A stretch of DNA of 63,986 nucleotides, the filler included, from Lenisia limosa (Eukaryota; Protista; Breviatea): assembly GCA_001655205.1 (NCBI GenBank). It is 20 parts of 20 records of this genome, joined end to end, with 100 filler letters (N's around TTAATTAATTAA, not from the genome) between each part and the next. Parts side by side here need not be neighbours in the genome. Positions count along the whole stretch, not along the records: positions 9,909 to 13,142 come from LPNZ01006707.1; positions 13,243 to 14,315 come from LPNZ01002540.1; positions 14,416 to 15,918 come from LPNZ01006090.1; positions 16,019 to 17,946 come from LPNZ01005470.1; positions 18,047 to 20,596 come from LPNZ01005761.1; positions 20,697 to 25,343 come from LPNZ01010630.1; 14 more parts are not named here. One strand, given 5' to 3'. Below, piece after piece: positions 11,396 to 23,814 of the stretch. The position numbers were made by a program, and so were the translations under genes. The notes beneath the pieces were generated by a model, which saw nothing but the letters and a program-made list of their open reading frames with translations, ran no database searches and was not told where the DNA came from. Within the stretch, counting starts at the first letter, position 1. Each line of letters starts with the position of its first letter.

Positions 11396-12467
11396 TGGTG
11401 GGTATAAAACTAGGAGTATTGCTATGAGGTTCCTGGGGGAGTGTAATGTTTGGAAAATATTGATAGTTTTCAAGAATTTATCGATAAATTCAGTCTTTTT
11501 TTGTACTGAATTGAAACCCTAACCTTAAGTGACAAAGGATTAAATAATTACGACTCACAGAACTTCTTGCCCCCTCCTCACGGTTTTTTTGAATGCACCT
11601 CAATAACATGCAGTCTGATACGACCGGCAAGGGAGGCTCCTAACATGCATTGCTAGAGGGTAAGTAAGAGTGACTGGGGGCGGGATAATTTTCATGAATT
11701 TTTTTTAAATTACTTGTTTTTTTATAACCCCTTCCCCCCACCAGTGAATTGCCTTGTCTGGACGCATTCGAGATCACTAAAACGATAAGCAATCTGGTTG
11801 TATTCTTATAAGCATTTGTCTTTTGGCATCAATGAACCCCTAGGTATCAATAATGAACCCCTAGGTATTAATAATATTCCTTGTTCAACAGAAGTATTGG
11901 GTGTGATAGTGCATCTCAGATATTTAACCATATTCTCATAAATAAGGGGCTTACAGCGTTGTATTCCTACGGTCCCTCCAAAAAAAAGTGAACCGATCAA
12001 AAATTTCTCGATAAATATCAAAATTTTCCCTGTGTTTTAGGACTCAATGGAAATAAAATTGCACAGATCCAACTGAATTTGAATTACGTTGACCTCTGTC
12101 TACTAGTGATATGATAATATGCCAAAATAATGACCAATATTTATTAGTGATATGATCTATTAAGTCGAAATGATGGAGATAACATGAGGGTTTATACCGA
12201 GTGTATCCGAGTATACTAATTGACTTGTCTGTTCAATTATCATGACGTATTATAAATATGATCCCCCCCCCCCCCNNNNNNNNNNNNNNNNNNNNNNNNN
12301 NNNNNNNNNNNNNNNNNNNNNNNNNNNNNNNNNNNNNNNNNNNNNNNNNNNNNNNNNNNNNNNNTCATCAACTCGGCAGATAGCAGGTCGAAATAGGACG
12401 TAAAATTGGTGGTGTGCTCGCCAATAGCTTGGAAATACTGCAAAATATCCGTGACCTGCGAGGGAGG

Positions 12468-12592
12468 GAGGGGGGGGTGTAAAAACTAAAACTTGATGAA
12501 ATAAAAAAAAAGCCCAAATTAACTCTGTTGTGACAACACACGAGGGCTGATAACAAAAAAACAAAGGCCAGGCCAGTCGCTTCTGTAGCACT
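12468..12592 (-). repeat. Family B dispersed ~140-bp element (near full length)
   Basis: Consensus (element sense) GATGCGGTGCTGYAGAAGCGACTGGCCTGGGCTTTG..TTGTTATCAACCCTCGTGTGTTGTCAGCCAACAGAGTTAATTTGGGTTTTTGTTTCATAAATTTTCCAATTTTACCCCC. No TIR seen. Confidence 0.8.
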
Positions 12593-13289
12593 GGTGTAAA
12601 AATGGAAAATACATATATTTCGGAGAGGAATGGGTAAAGGGAATAAGCTGTACAATGTCAAGATAAAACACGAATTAGTTCGTGGTTTGTATGGAGAATC
12701 TCGATATTTCTCTTGTTTTTTGTATTATATGATTTTTTTTATAAAAGTAGGTTTTAAAACGAAACCTTATGTATCAAATATCAATACATAAGCAGCCCGC
12801 ATACCACACGAAATACATAGATCAGTTTACATGCAGAATCAAGTTATGTTGCTTAGTATTAGTATTTTTAGTTATTTATAGTATTATGTGAATGAAACAA
12901 TATGATATCAAATAGGTACAACACAGAAACCCCCATACCACACGAATTAATCCGAGTTTACATGGGGGCTCAAGGTCAATGGCTTTGCATGCTCCCAAAG
13001 CACCGTAAAAGTAAACATCACTAAAGCGGCGAATTAAGGCTGTTTTGAGGAAAAGATGGAACTTCACTCCGATCCAATAAATGACTGAATTTCTCAATAC
13101 TCATCAATACTACCGTTGCCCCACTATGAATCTACATTCTCCNNNNNNNNNNNNNNNNNNNNNNNNNNNNNNNNNNNNNNNNNNNNTTAATTAATTAANN
13201 NNNNNNNNNNNNNNNNNNNNNNNNNNNNNNNNNNNNNNNNNNACAAACAAAGCCCCCAGGCAGTCGCTTCGGGGTAGTCCCCTCCTACC

Positions 13290-13690
13290 AGAACCACTTT
13301 GCCCGCCATTTGGTTGATGACGTTCTCCACTTCGCCTTGGTGGTAGACTCTGAGAATACCGCATCCTGAGAGGTCAATTTATCGATATGCATATAATATA
13401 CAGCACTATATGTAAGTCGTACCCCCTGAGTCACCAACCTGAGTTCGAACAGAAATACCACAAATTTCCCAATTTTGACTAAAATTTGTGGAGAATTTAC
13501 CAAAATGTATGCCTTGATCTCTTTAAGACTGAAGCACTGAAATAATATAGTAAATTTATGAACTGAACTGAACTGAACTGGGTTATTGAAGCAGAGTTCC
13601 CTTTACACTGAAACCTTCTTGTATTTTAAGATAGTCGAGGGGGTATGCTTCCGATTATGACTCAAAGGAACTTGGATCGAGCCCGGAGTA
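13290..13690 (-). CDS. Hypothetical protein fragment
   Basis: Spliced QNWEICGISVRTQVGDSG|GCGILRVYHQGEVENVINQMAGKVVL|gtagga. Confidence 0.45.
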
Positions 13691-14452
13691 AGCTGATTAT
13701 TTAACAAAAGTGAGTTCAGGGCATTTAGTGTGGGAATGTGCTCTGTGTATAGTATTACCCTATTTATTCGAATTTTTCTTTTTTTTATGTTGATTTCGCA
13801 CCCGCATTACTCCATCCAATTTCTCATACATCAATATTTCTCAGATCCTATAACATGTATTACTTGAACATTGCAAGAAGTTATTGGGCACATTAGTCAA
13901 GGCCAAAAATCCGACTTTTGTATTCTGCGATGCAAATGGTCCTTCTGTTGAGATCTGTAACACCCCCCCGGAGTGTTTTTTTTGAAAGGATTTCAGGTCT
14001 CGATTAAAACTGACTCAACAACTATTGTTAGACACCAAGGAAATATGGACCTTGAGCAATGCAAACAAAAAGTGAGAAGGGAACACAAAACAAGAGTTGA
14101 CTTTGTAAATTTTTGTTTTAATTGTATATGATATGATTATATAATCGTGGAGTTTACGAGATATTCATGTCCGTAATCTTTTGAAATACCCCAAATAACA
14201 GATCATCTTCTTTTTTTCATATTAATATTTTCAAACATGTCCTCAAGAGTATACTGGGTTAAAAAGCCTTCATAAGCAAATTTTCAAATTCTGAATATAC
14301 TATGATTTATAGGAANNNNNNNNNNNNNNNNNNNNNNNNNNNNNNNNNNNNNNNNNNNNTTAATTAATTAANNNNNNNNNNNNNNNNNNNNNNNNNNNNN
14401 NNNNNNNNNNNNNNNTTTTTGTTTCATAAATTTCTATTTTTACGCTTCCCAG

Positions 14453-15641
14453 GAAAAGATCGAAGAAGATCCACGCGAGGACGTGGAGCTGAAAAAGGAA
14501 TCGCAACTCAAAACCAGATCTCGCGAGCAGGCGGTAAGGGGTGCTGTATCAATACTGTATTATCCTACCGTCTCAAAAAAGACTGAATTTCTCGATAACT
14601 CGGTAAATCCTCTATAAATCCACGATAAATCCTAGATAACTATCGATATTTCACTAATCTTTTTCAAACCGTAAGTCCTAATTTGAGGGTGGAGTATATC
14701 AATTATGTTGCTAAAATATAGGGTCTTCATCGAAATTTCCTTCTTTTGTTAATTAATTTTCCAATTTGCCCCCCCCCCCCCCCCNNNNNNNNNNNNNNNN
14801 NNNNNNNNNNNNNNNNNNNNNNNNNNNNNNNNNNNNNNNNNNNNNNNNNNNNNNNNNNNNNNNNNNNNNNNNNNNNNNNNNNNNNNNNNNNNNNNNNNNN
14901 NNNNNNNNNNNNNNNNNNNNNNNNNNNNNNNNNNNNNNNTTATTTTTTTATTGGTTTGGAGGGGACTTATCATAACGAACACAAATTGCTCAAATGAACA
15001 GTTAAAATGAGAGAAAACTACATTTACTTTTCAACTTCGGAAACGCCACTCTACATAAAAGGCAATTCTGACTTTTTCTAGGCCTCTCTCCGGGATCGCC
15101 TCGGTGGTCAACCTACTATCGATGCTCGGGTACAGGAAAGTTGGAGGGGTATTGTTTTCAGAGAATTATTAACTGCATCTAAAATCTACGGAATTGAAGG
15201 TGGTTGTGAGGACTGTCGGAAATTATCCGTTAAGGGCATGTTAACACCAATAACACCATGTTTAACATCTTTTTTTTTTCTTCCTTTCTTACGCGATTAG
15301 TTTTCGAAGAAGCTGAGGAGTGGCTCCTTAGAATGGAAGAAGCGGAGACAAATAAAGGTNNNNNNNNNNNNNNNNNNNNNNNNNNNNNNNNNNNNNNNNN
15401 NNNNNNNNNNNNNNNNNNNNNNNNNNNNNNNNNNNNNNNNNNNNNNNNNNNNNNNNNNNNNNNNNNNNNNNNNNNNNNNNNNNNNNNNNNNNNNNNNNNN
15501 NNNNNNNNNNNNNNNNNNNNNNNNNNNNNNNNNNNNNNNNNNNNNNNNNNNNNNNNAACAACATCATTGATTTCTTACATTTGAGACGAAGAGGCTTGGG
15601 AACATGGTGCCGGGAGACAGCGCAGGATGCCCATCGTACAG
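14453..15641 (+). CDS. Hypothetical helical protein fragment
   Basis: Exons EKIEEDPREDVELKKESQLKTRSREQA|gtaag, ASLRDRLGGQPTIDAR|, FEEAEEWLLRMEEAETNK|DEEAWEHGAGRQRRMPIVQ|. Confidence 0.45.
14563..14682. mobile_element. Family A2 copy with internally amplified ATCCTCGATAA-like subunit
   Basis: CCTACCGTCTCAAAAAAGACTGAATTTCTCGATAA followed by ~4 degenerate subunits. Confidence 0.65.
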
Positions 15642-15649
15642 GTGTGGGT

Positions 15650-15850
15650 GATATGATATCTACATAATATCACTTTTTGGATCATTTTCACACGTATGAA
15701 CTATCATTTTCCACGCAGTGATATGATACCTCATATCCACTTGTAATCATTGACCGACAAGTCTCAATAATACTCTGATCCACTCGAAATAAAGCCTCGT
15801 GTTATTCTTTTATCATTTCGACTTAAAATTCGGTCATATCATCATATCAC
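15650..15850 (+). repeat. Family E ~190-bp dispersed element
   Basis: Reverse-complement copy at 32163-32336; partial copies at 12150-12245 and 45925-45962. Shared ATCATTTCGACT..AGTCGGTCATATGATCA and GACAAGTCTCAAT motifs. Confidence 0.72.
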
Positions 15851-16947
15851 CGGTGGAGAGGGGTTAATATATTAGATATTTTATATGATTGTTCAATTTT
15901 ACTCGCCCCCCCCCCCCTNNNNNNNNNNNNNNNNNNNNNNNNNNNNNNNNNNNNNNNNNNNNTTAATTAATTAANNNNNNNNNNNNNNNNNNNNNNNNNN
16001 NNNNNNNNNNNNNNNNNNATATAATATATATTTTCCTTTTTATATATAAAAGACCAAACCCACGGAATCATGAATAAAAAACAACAGACAAATAAGAATT
16101 CGAGAGAAAAAAAAATAGAAGTAAGAATTCAAATGAAACTCACCCGGCCAACCTTTTGTAAAATTGAAAATGGAAGTGTTGGGTAGCATTCCTTCGGGGG
16201 GGGCCTTAGTTTCAGGAGTTCGAACAGCCTGGCAATCAGGGGTTGCCTTCNNNNNNNNNNNNNNNNNNNNNNNNNNNNNNNNNNNNNNNNNNNNNNNNNN
16301 NNNNNNNNNNNNNNGATCTCAGGAGGGGTTAAGGTGAGGCTATGCGGTTCAGTCCGCGGAGAGACTTGGAAATCACCGTCATCAGCCGGTGGCTTCTGCT
16401 GTGGACACTTGACTAGTACCGGGGACGACATGATGGGTGTTTTGAGTCACGGCATTACAGGATCGACCTGGTACGGCAGTAAGTGGCAACCAGAGGGAAC
16501 GCCACAAATCAGGTTTCTTCACCTCGAATATACCAATTTAGAGGAATTTGTGGATTATATTAGGGAAAGGTGCCGACAAGCACTTTGTAAGAAGGGAAAA
16601 AGCAGCCTCGAACTATGAAACTGTCAATGTCTATAATACTATCTATTTACACTTCACAGTGTGGATGCTTAACTAAAACTAATCGAGAAGAGAGCTCTTG
16701 ATTCAAATTTTCCATTTAAACTTGCAGATCAATAGATCGCATATATTAAATTGCATCCTTCAATAGTAGTTAGGTTTTTGGCGTTTTGAGTCACAATTAT
16801 AAAGTTACATCAAGAAAGGGAATTGAAGCAGTTTGCAATTTGTGTAGAATTTCAACCCTTGGGTTTTCAGTTCTAAAGCAATACTGCTCTTGTATCTGTG
16901 CTACTTGAATACCAAGTAAATGTAGTTAGACTTCCGTGTTCTCCCTT

Positions 16948-17480
16948 ATGGGTTGCGGTACCTCAAAAGGCTCGCCCCCCGGGGAACCTATCCAGCAGTC
17001 CTCTTCCTCCTCCCATTCCTCCCTAGATCATGCCACTAGTAGATCGGAGGAAATCACCCCCACGCAAATGTCCCCTCCAAGCTTCCCTGACCATGATCCC
17101 TACCGTCCATCAAGCCCCGATCGGGCTTCTCCACAGCTCCAGCCGCAACTTCAGCCTGCCTCTTCTTCTTCCAGTGAAAACACACCTGAAACTCCCACAA
17201 TCGTCCTCCCCAGCGACTCGCCGAAGGAGCCATCCTTGCATGCCGTTCAATCACCGCCGTTGAAATCCTCGCTTGCAGTTCCCCCGCAGAGTTGGTTTGG
17301 GCTCATTTAGACCAGGATTGGGGCCGAATAAAGCTGTGGTTGCCGATATATCATCAAAAAACACCGATAATACACCGGTGTTGTCGGCTCAGATCGAGGG
17401 ATGACTTTTTACTTGGAGATGATTATCCGGATAGTTGGATTACCAGCTGGCCTCGGTTTAGCTCAGGGAAAGACCAGGAC
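16948..17480 (+). CDS. Hypothetical protein with N-terminal MGCGxS acylation motif and S/P-rich region, 3' truncated
   Basis: ATG 16948 opens MGCGTSKGSPPGEPIQQSSSS... as a 114-codon first exon. Confidence 0.6.
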
Positions 17481-17857
17481 GATATATGTGGTTGTCGAGG
17501 ATTCTTCGGTTTATATCGGTATATATCGAGGATTTAACGGTAGTTATGATAGTTATCGAGGATTTATCATGGACTAATCGTAATATTGGGATTATTCATG
17601 GATTCATGGTTTTTTTTTATATAATTATTATTTTTATTATTTTGAAGGGAGGGGTGGTGGGGGTTATCGATATTTATTGAGGACTTATCGAGTGATTCTG
17701 TCTTTTTGAGACTTTGCGAAGTTTGAATTCATAAATATCATCGGAAATCTTCTTTTTATTATTTTTGGCAACAATAGTGGGGCGTACCTTAAGAGAATTG
17801 CCAAATTCGAATCTCCTATTTAAGGATTTGGTTGAAGTTTTGGGTTTGTTGATACTT

Positions 17858-17946
17858 TGCTTTTTGTTTCATAAATTTCCAATTTTACCCCTGGAGTGAT
17901 TGGATGCAACAGAAGCGACTGGCCTGGGCTTTGCTTGTTTTGTTTT
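17858..17946 (+). repeat. Family B 3' half followed by a 5' half
   Basis: TTCATAAATTTCCAATTTTACCCC then CAGAAGCGACTGGCCTGGGCTTTG. Confidence 0.75.
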
Positions 17947-20697
17947 NNNNNNNNNNNNNNNNNNNNNNNNNNNNNNNNNNNNNNNNNNNNTTAATTAATT
18001 AANNNNNNNNNNNNNNNNNNNNNNNNNNNNNNNNNNNNNNNNNNNNAGATGGGGGGGGTGAACCCATTGCTCCCGACAGATTTTGGAGTCCTTTCAAATG
18101 GATCCATAAATAAAGAGTGAAAATAATTTTGTTTGTAAGCGACAGGCATAAACATCAATTATAATCCAGTTGAATTAGTGTGAAGTACTTTAGTGTTATC
18201 AAGTTGAATTGTATATACTATTGTAATATTCCTCTATGAATACCCTCAAACCCTTTGAAAAGTGGTCACACCACAACTTGAGAATGTGGTCGTGTATATC
18301 CTTGTATTTTTGGTAGTTACACCCAATCTTTACCCTTAAACAATGATTAAACGCTTCTTGAGACTCGTAGAGAGAAAAAAACGAGACAGTTCGGGTGATT
18401 GTTGTCTTTATTAATAGGATTTGCAGACCCTGAAAACCTATAGTTTCATGAGATATATCACTTTTTTCCAAAATTGACTGAAATTTTGCAGGTTACTCTT
18501 CTCCTTTGAAAACTGTACGTGGACCACATTCTTTTCTTGAATATTCATGTTCTTATATGAGCGTTTTTAGTATGTATGTAATCACTGTTTAGGGCTTTTG
18601 TATACTCTTTTGCAGCTCCGGTAAGACTTCACGCACGAAGGGACTCGAGTCGCTGGCCACATCGTTCCCGTCTCCTCTATTATATTTCGCTATCTCTGGT
18701 GGTACCCGTGAGCCCCGGTATCCACTTCATTGAACAGAGGCACTATTTGCCTTAGTGATAGTACTATCTTTTAGTCTATTGTTCTAACACTATCAACATA
18801 GCTATTATTGTTGCCCTCTCTAAAAGGCCAACTCTTTTATTATAGTATCTAGAGCGAACCTTCATATTTTCAGAGAACAATCTTCCAACAAAGTTTGTTC
18901 TGTTCCATCAACGTCATCTAGATCGCCATATGTCCGCACTACTCAAAACATCCACCACTTCCCTCCTCTACATACCCAACGAAAGCCCACGCCGCTGGTG
19001 TTAACACAGCTGCTCCCCCTCCGAACCCAAAAGAATCTACCAAAAAGAAGACAATCAACAGCCGCCCTGCGCTTACTCATGAACGAATGTTTAATCTTAT
19101 GAGACAACCAGAGGTGAAGAGCAACAGTGCGGTTTCGGAAGAAAACCTTATCAGAAAAGGATGTGTTTTAATGAGTTAATCTTCATATATTTGAACCTGA
19201 TATCTCCCCCGCCCACATAATCTTCTCATTCATGTGCTTAGTAACGTCCAAAACAATCACCATGGTTACGCTACAACCGGCGAGGAATAATGGTGAGTTA
19301 TTTATTGTGTCATCTTAATTACATCTCAATTCAACGTACTGATGCCTAGTTAGCTTGACGTGAATTTATACAGGATTTTCTAATCAAACTTCAGACCAGG
19401 AACTGCAACCAATGACAGGTAGCACTAACTCTCATACAATTCTCAAGTATACTTACAACATTTTCAACATTTCCTTTGTTGGTTTTGTTTTGACAAATAC
19501 TATTAATTATTAAAGACATCATCAGTCATAATTTATGCACATACGCCTCACTTGGTATTTTTTTTCTCCAAAGGACAATAATTGCAAATAATTAAACGAA
19601 ATCAAAAACAATAAAAACATTTGAAGTCGGTTCCATTTTTATTGTCAATTAATAAGCAATTACTTACTAATATTGGAAAAACAATTCAACAATTACCAAC
19701 TAATTACACAATTATTTTGAAAGACAGGCAATTGGTTGAAAAAATAATTTGCTAGCAATTTAGCAAGCAGGTATTTCCATTTGGTATAAAAGTATATCAT
19801 CTATTCATAATAGTATACTAAATAAAACATTTTCTCAACAGTATCATATATATTACGTGATATAGTACGTATATTTATTTATATATATTATATGCTGATC
19901 AGGTCAAATATTAGTAGAAAATATTGTAGTAGTGTAGCCAGTTGAATTGGTTGCCACATCAATATTACCTGAGGAATACACCTTAAATCACTGAAAATGA
20001 AGTCAACTCACTATAAGAAAAGGTAACCCTGCTATACTTTTATTATTAAGAGTATTAACTAATTTTAAATCCTCAAACAATGCTGAAAAACTTCTTAAGG
20101 CTTGAATGGCGGAAAAAACCCAACAGGGCGGGTCAATTATGCGAGTCAATTCTGAGAACCTTTATGTGTCTTTTTAAACAAACAAAACTGAGGAAAGCTA
20201 AATTAAGGTACTTAACTATCAATGAGCAAGAAAATACTACTAAAAAAAATGAGTTTCAAACTGTAAAAGAGGGGTCTGAAAAAAAAACGGAGAAAAAGGG
20301 CCATGAACTGAACTGGGTTTTTTAAGAGACTATTCTAGAAGATTCCAAAAAAATTCAAAAATTCTCCCAGTGTTTGTTATTGAATATAATGTCAAAACGA
20401 TGGGTAAAAACAGATTTAATTGCAGATTTTTGGATGTTTCTAAAAAGCGTTCGCGTTTATGTGAGTGTTCGCGTTCATGTATAGTCTACATACTATATGT
20501 ATATCATATAGTTAAAACCGCGAACATGATTAAAAACGCGAACAAAAAGGAGGCTTTTCTTTCAATTTTTGAGTCAATACGCTCCTTATTTACGCCNNNN
20601 NNNNNNNNNNNNNNNNNNNNNNNNNNNNNNNNNNNNNNNNTTAATTAATTAANNNNNNNNNNNNNNNNNNNNNNNNNNNNNNNNNNNNNNNNNNNNA

Positions 20698-21283
20698 ACT
20701 TGAATTTCCCAACGGTGACCCCTGCTGGAAAGGAAACGTGAGGCGAACACTGAAAGGGAGAGGAATGGAGGGCTGAACAAATATGTATTTATGATAGATT
20801 TTCAGAGCTTTGACCTTCAAAATAGTTCATTATGACTTCACACAAACTGTTTTCCGGTGTACTACTTTATTAGGAGAAGTTTATTCTTTTTAGGTCACAA
20901 TGACTTGTGCTGCAGAAACGAAGGTGGACCGGGTTTGAAAAGTTTTCTTGTACCACCCAAATACCGCATCCATCTTCTTTTCTCATTGTTGGGGATGAGC
21001 TCACACTCAAGGTGATTGACGCCCTGGAAACTAGTGTTTGTGAGTACGAAATGATGGTTGAAAGCCCTGCAGCGTGTTCACGAAAAGCGGTTGGGGGGGG
21101 GGGGTAAATAAATTATCNNNNNNNNNNNNNNNNNNNNNNNNNNNNNNNNNNNNNNNNNNNNNNNNNNNNNNNNNNNNNNNNNNNNNNNNNNNNNCGTCTG
21201 CTTTGCATTCACACAATTAGTTGCAGGCAGCCCTGAAATACCGAGACTCATCAGCACCCATCCCTCTCGAGGACAATGAATGA
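20698..21283 (+). CDS. MRH (mannose-6-phosphate receptor homology; PRKCSH/OS-9-like) domain protein, 3' part
   Basis: LEFPNGDPCWKGN...FSC...LKVIDALETSVCEYEMMVESPAAC matches the MRH pattern NGDxC...FxC...ExxxCEYxxxxxSPxAC. Last exon LQAALKYRDSSAPIPLEDNE*. Confidence 0.75.
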
Positions 21284-21418
21284 AGACAAAGATTGTGAGA
21301 GTCTAACTTCACTTTACCCAAGGATGCTTTTAACCAAAACATTGGTTGTTCCATTTGGTTCTCTCTTTGATTGATGAAGTATGCATCTTATGTAACTGAT
21401 CTAAACATCCACGAATCT

Positions 21419-22293
21419 TTATTGGCTACTTTTGAGATGAGAAGGGAGTTCCCGCTGTTGACATGCCTGTCGAATATTAGCCAATGGGAAATTTGGTGCA
21501 GTGTGCCACAAAACCAGTTATTTAGGGGTATTGTGATATCAATATCAGATATGCATGTATAAATGGTCGATATTCCATCGAAGTATGTACACTGATTTCT
21601 TTTATAAATGACGTACTTGTTGCAGGGCTTCTCGATCGCGGAAGTGTGTTGTCTCCCGCAGTACTTGCAGACTCCTCCATAAAACTGGGGTCCATCTTGG
21701 AAGTTAATGAATTAATTGCTCTGCTTTGTTCCGAAAAATAAGATGGTGATATTTGGGACCGGTAATATACACCATGCTTTAACTATGTTTCACAGTTTCT
21801 CTTAACCCTTACTTTTGGCGGTCCTGAATGGACCTCTATTTCGCTCGGAATAAGATGGGCTCGATGGACTACATTGTATGTTGGCTCTNNNNNNNNNNNN
21901 NNNNNNNNNNNNNNNNNNNNNNNNNNNNNNNNNNNNNNNNNNNNNNNNNNNNNNNNNNNNNNNNNNNNNNNNNNNNNTCAGCGTATCCAAAATTGTCGTT
22001 ACCAATAATCCCACTTCGGTCAGTTGGAACGGAATCAGCATCGCAGACATTGTTCGGCTCAAGATCAGTGAAGTGGGAGGATATCCACCGTGGCCACATT
22101 GCTCGGGACACGTGTGAACGTTGAGCCTGAAGGTCAGATTGAGGTCAGACTACATTATAGACCTCCTAGATTTGACACCAAATGGTGCAACATAACTGCC
22201 AACACTCAACTTGCAGCCACTCACGAATTCAAAAAGTTCATCACAGCGGATATCGGATCGACCATTATCAAGCTTGATCGCCAAAAAAACTGA
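21419..22293 (+). CDS. Hypothetical multi-exon protein
   Basis: Open exon-like GC-richer blocks, e.g. GLLDRGSVLSPAVLADSSIKLGSILE and VSKIVVTNNPTSVSWNG...KFITADIGSTIIKLDRQKN*. Junctions uncertain. Confidence 0.35.
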
Positions 22294-23814
22294 GTTAAAA
22301 TATCTAATCGGTAATCGGTCTGAAAAGAAAATAATAAATATACCGTAATCAATAACTTCAAGCATAATATCACAACCCACTGTCTTTCAAGCTCCTTCAA
22401 CTCTCCCCTAAGTTCATCGATCTCTTCACCTAGAACAGATTCCGATTCTTGCCGCTCAAGTAACTATTGTGGTAAATGTCTCAAAAAGTTACAAAGATTG
22501 GTCATCATACTGCCAGCATCCAGCCGTTGCAAAATAACTATATTTTTCCAAGTTAGAACCCAATATCAGAAAAGTTATATGATGTTAGGTTGTGGTTTCC
22601 ATAACTGAGTTGGTATCCCACCTTATGCTGTAAGCTGTTGATTTCAACGGACATGTCACAGGTCTCTTTGACGAAATTTTTTTTCTCAGTCGATTTAGCT
22701 GTAGTTGGAATTGTGTTTTCAATCACAAAGTCGGAAAGGGAATGCCAACCTTTCGAAAGTGTCTGAATTACCCCAGTTAAATGATTATTCGCCAATAGTA
22801 AATTATCGTACTCAGCTTCTCTTTTGTGGAACACTAAATGTAGTTAATCCAATAGTGTTTTTAACAAAACAAAAGAAAGTTGTCCCACATTCTTTGATAT
22901 TGGGCTTCTTCTTCTTTGGCTAAATGCAGTAAAATTAATTTGAAACCGTCAATAAAAAAGGTCCATTCATAAAATAACATTCCTCAATAACCTGTCTTTT
23001 ATCATAATGAATAACACAAGTGACAAACCTGAGGAACTGGAACAGGATGAAATTCATCAAAACCCTGCTGATGCAAATGATTCAACTCCTCATCCATCAG
23101 AGGATCGACTGCCAGCACCTGAAACAATGAGGGCTGTAGTTTAGCAAAATGTGGCGCAATCCCAATTTACGACATCCAATTTGCAAGATGCATTTTCAGT
23201 TTTTTCTTAATCTCGCAGCATGAATTATTTGGTTTAAATAGGTCACAGTATTCCCCTTTCACCGGAATGTTGGCAGAGTCTTGTAGCTCCATTCTTTTCG
23301 AATTTGACTTGGGTTGGCAGCAGATGAAGGGAACAATGGTTGTCAGGAAAAATAGTGGGATGGGAATAAAGTCACTATGGTAATACGTTCTCACAATTAC
23401 GTACAAAGCCTTTTAACTTCGACAACGTGATTCAACCAGAACTGGTGAAAGAAACGATTCAACTTGCCTTTTAAGGAAATTATTGACTGAAGGTACCATA
23501 ACCCGGCCGGCCCGAAAATCCCCCGGGAGATCAGATGGAATTCTGGTATCCATTCTTGGATCACGCTGAAGCACTTTGGCATTCTCAACTAAACCTCGGC
23601 GGGCCAACCCCATGTCGGTTCAGCAGTTCAGCAGAGCGCCCATGATACTTGCACGGTGCACTGTTATCCGCATTGTTACCATCAAGCTAATTATCAAATT
23701 AATTATACAATTGTCCGTCCGTTGTTCTATCACTGTGCTTGATATGGCTGTGACTTGAACGTCCATTATGTGCTCTGATTCACATCCATGGTTAATAAAT
23801 ACATTGTATAGAAT

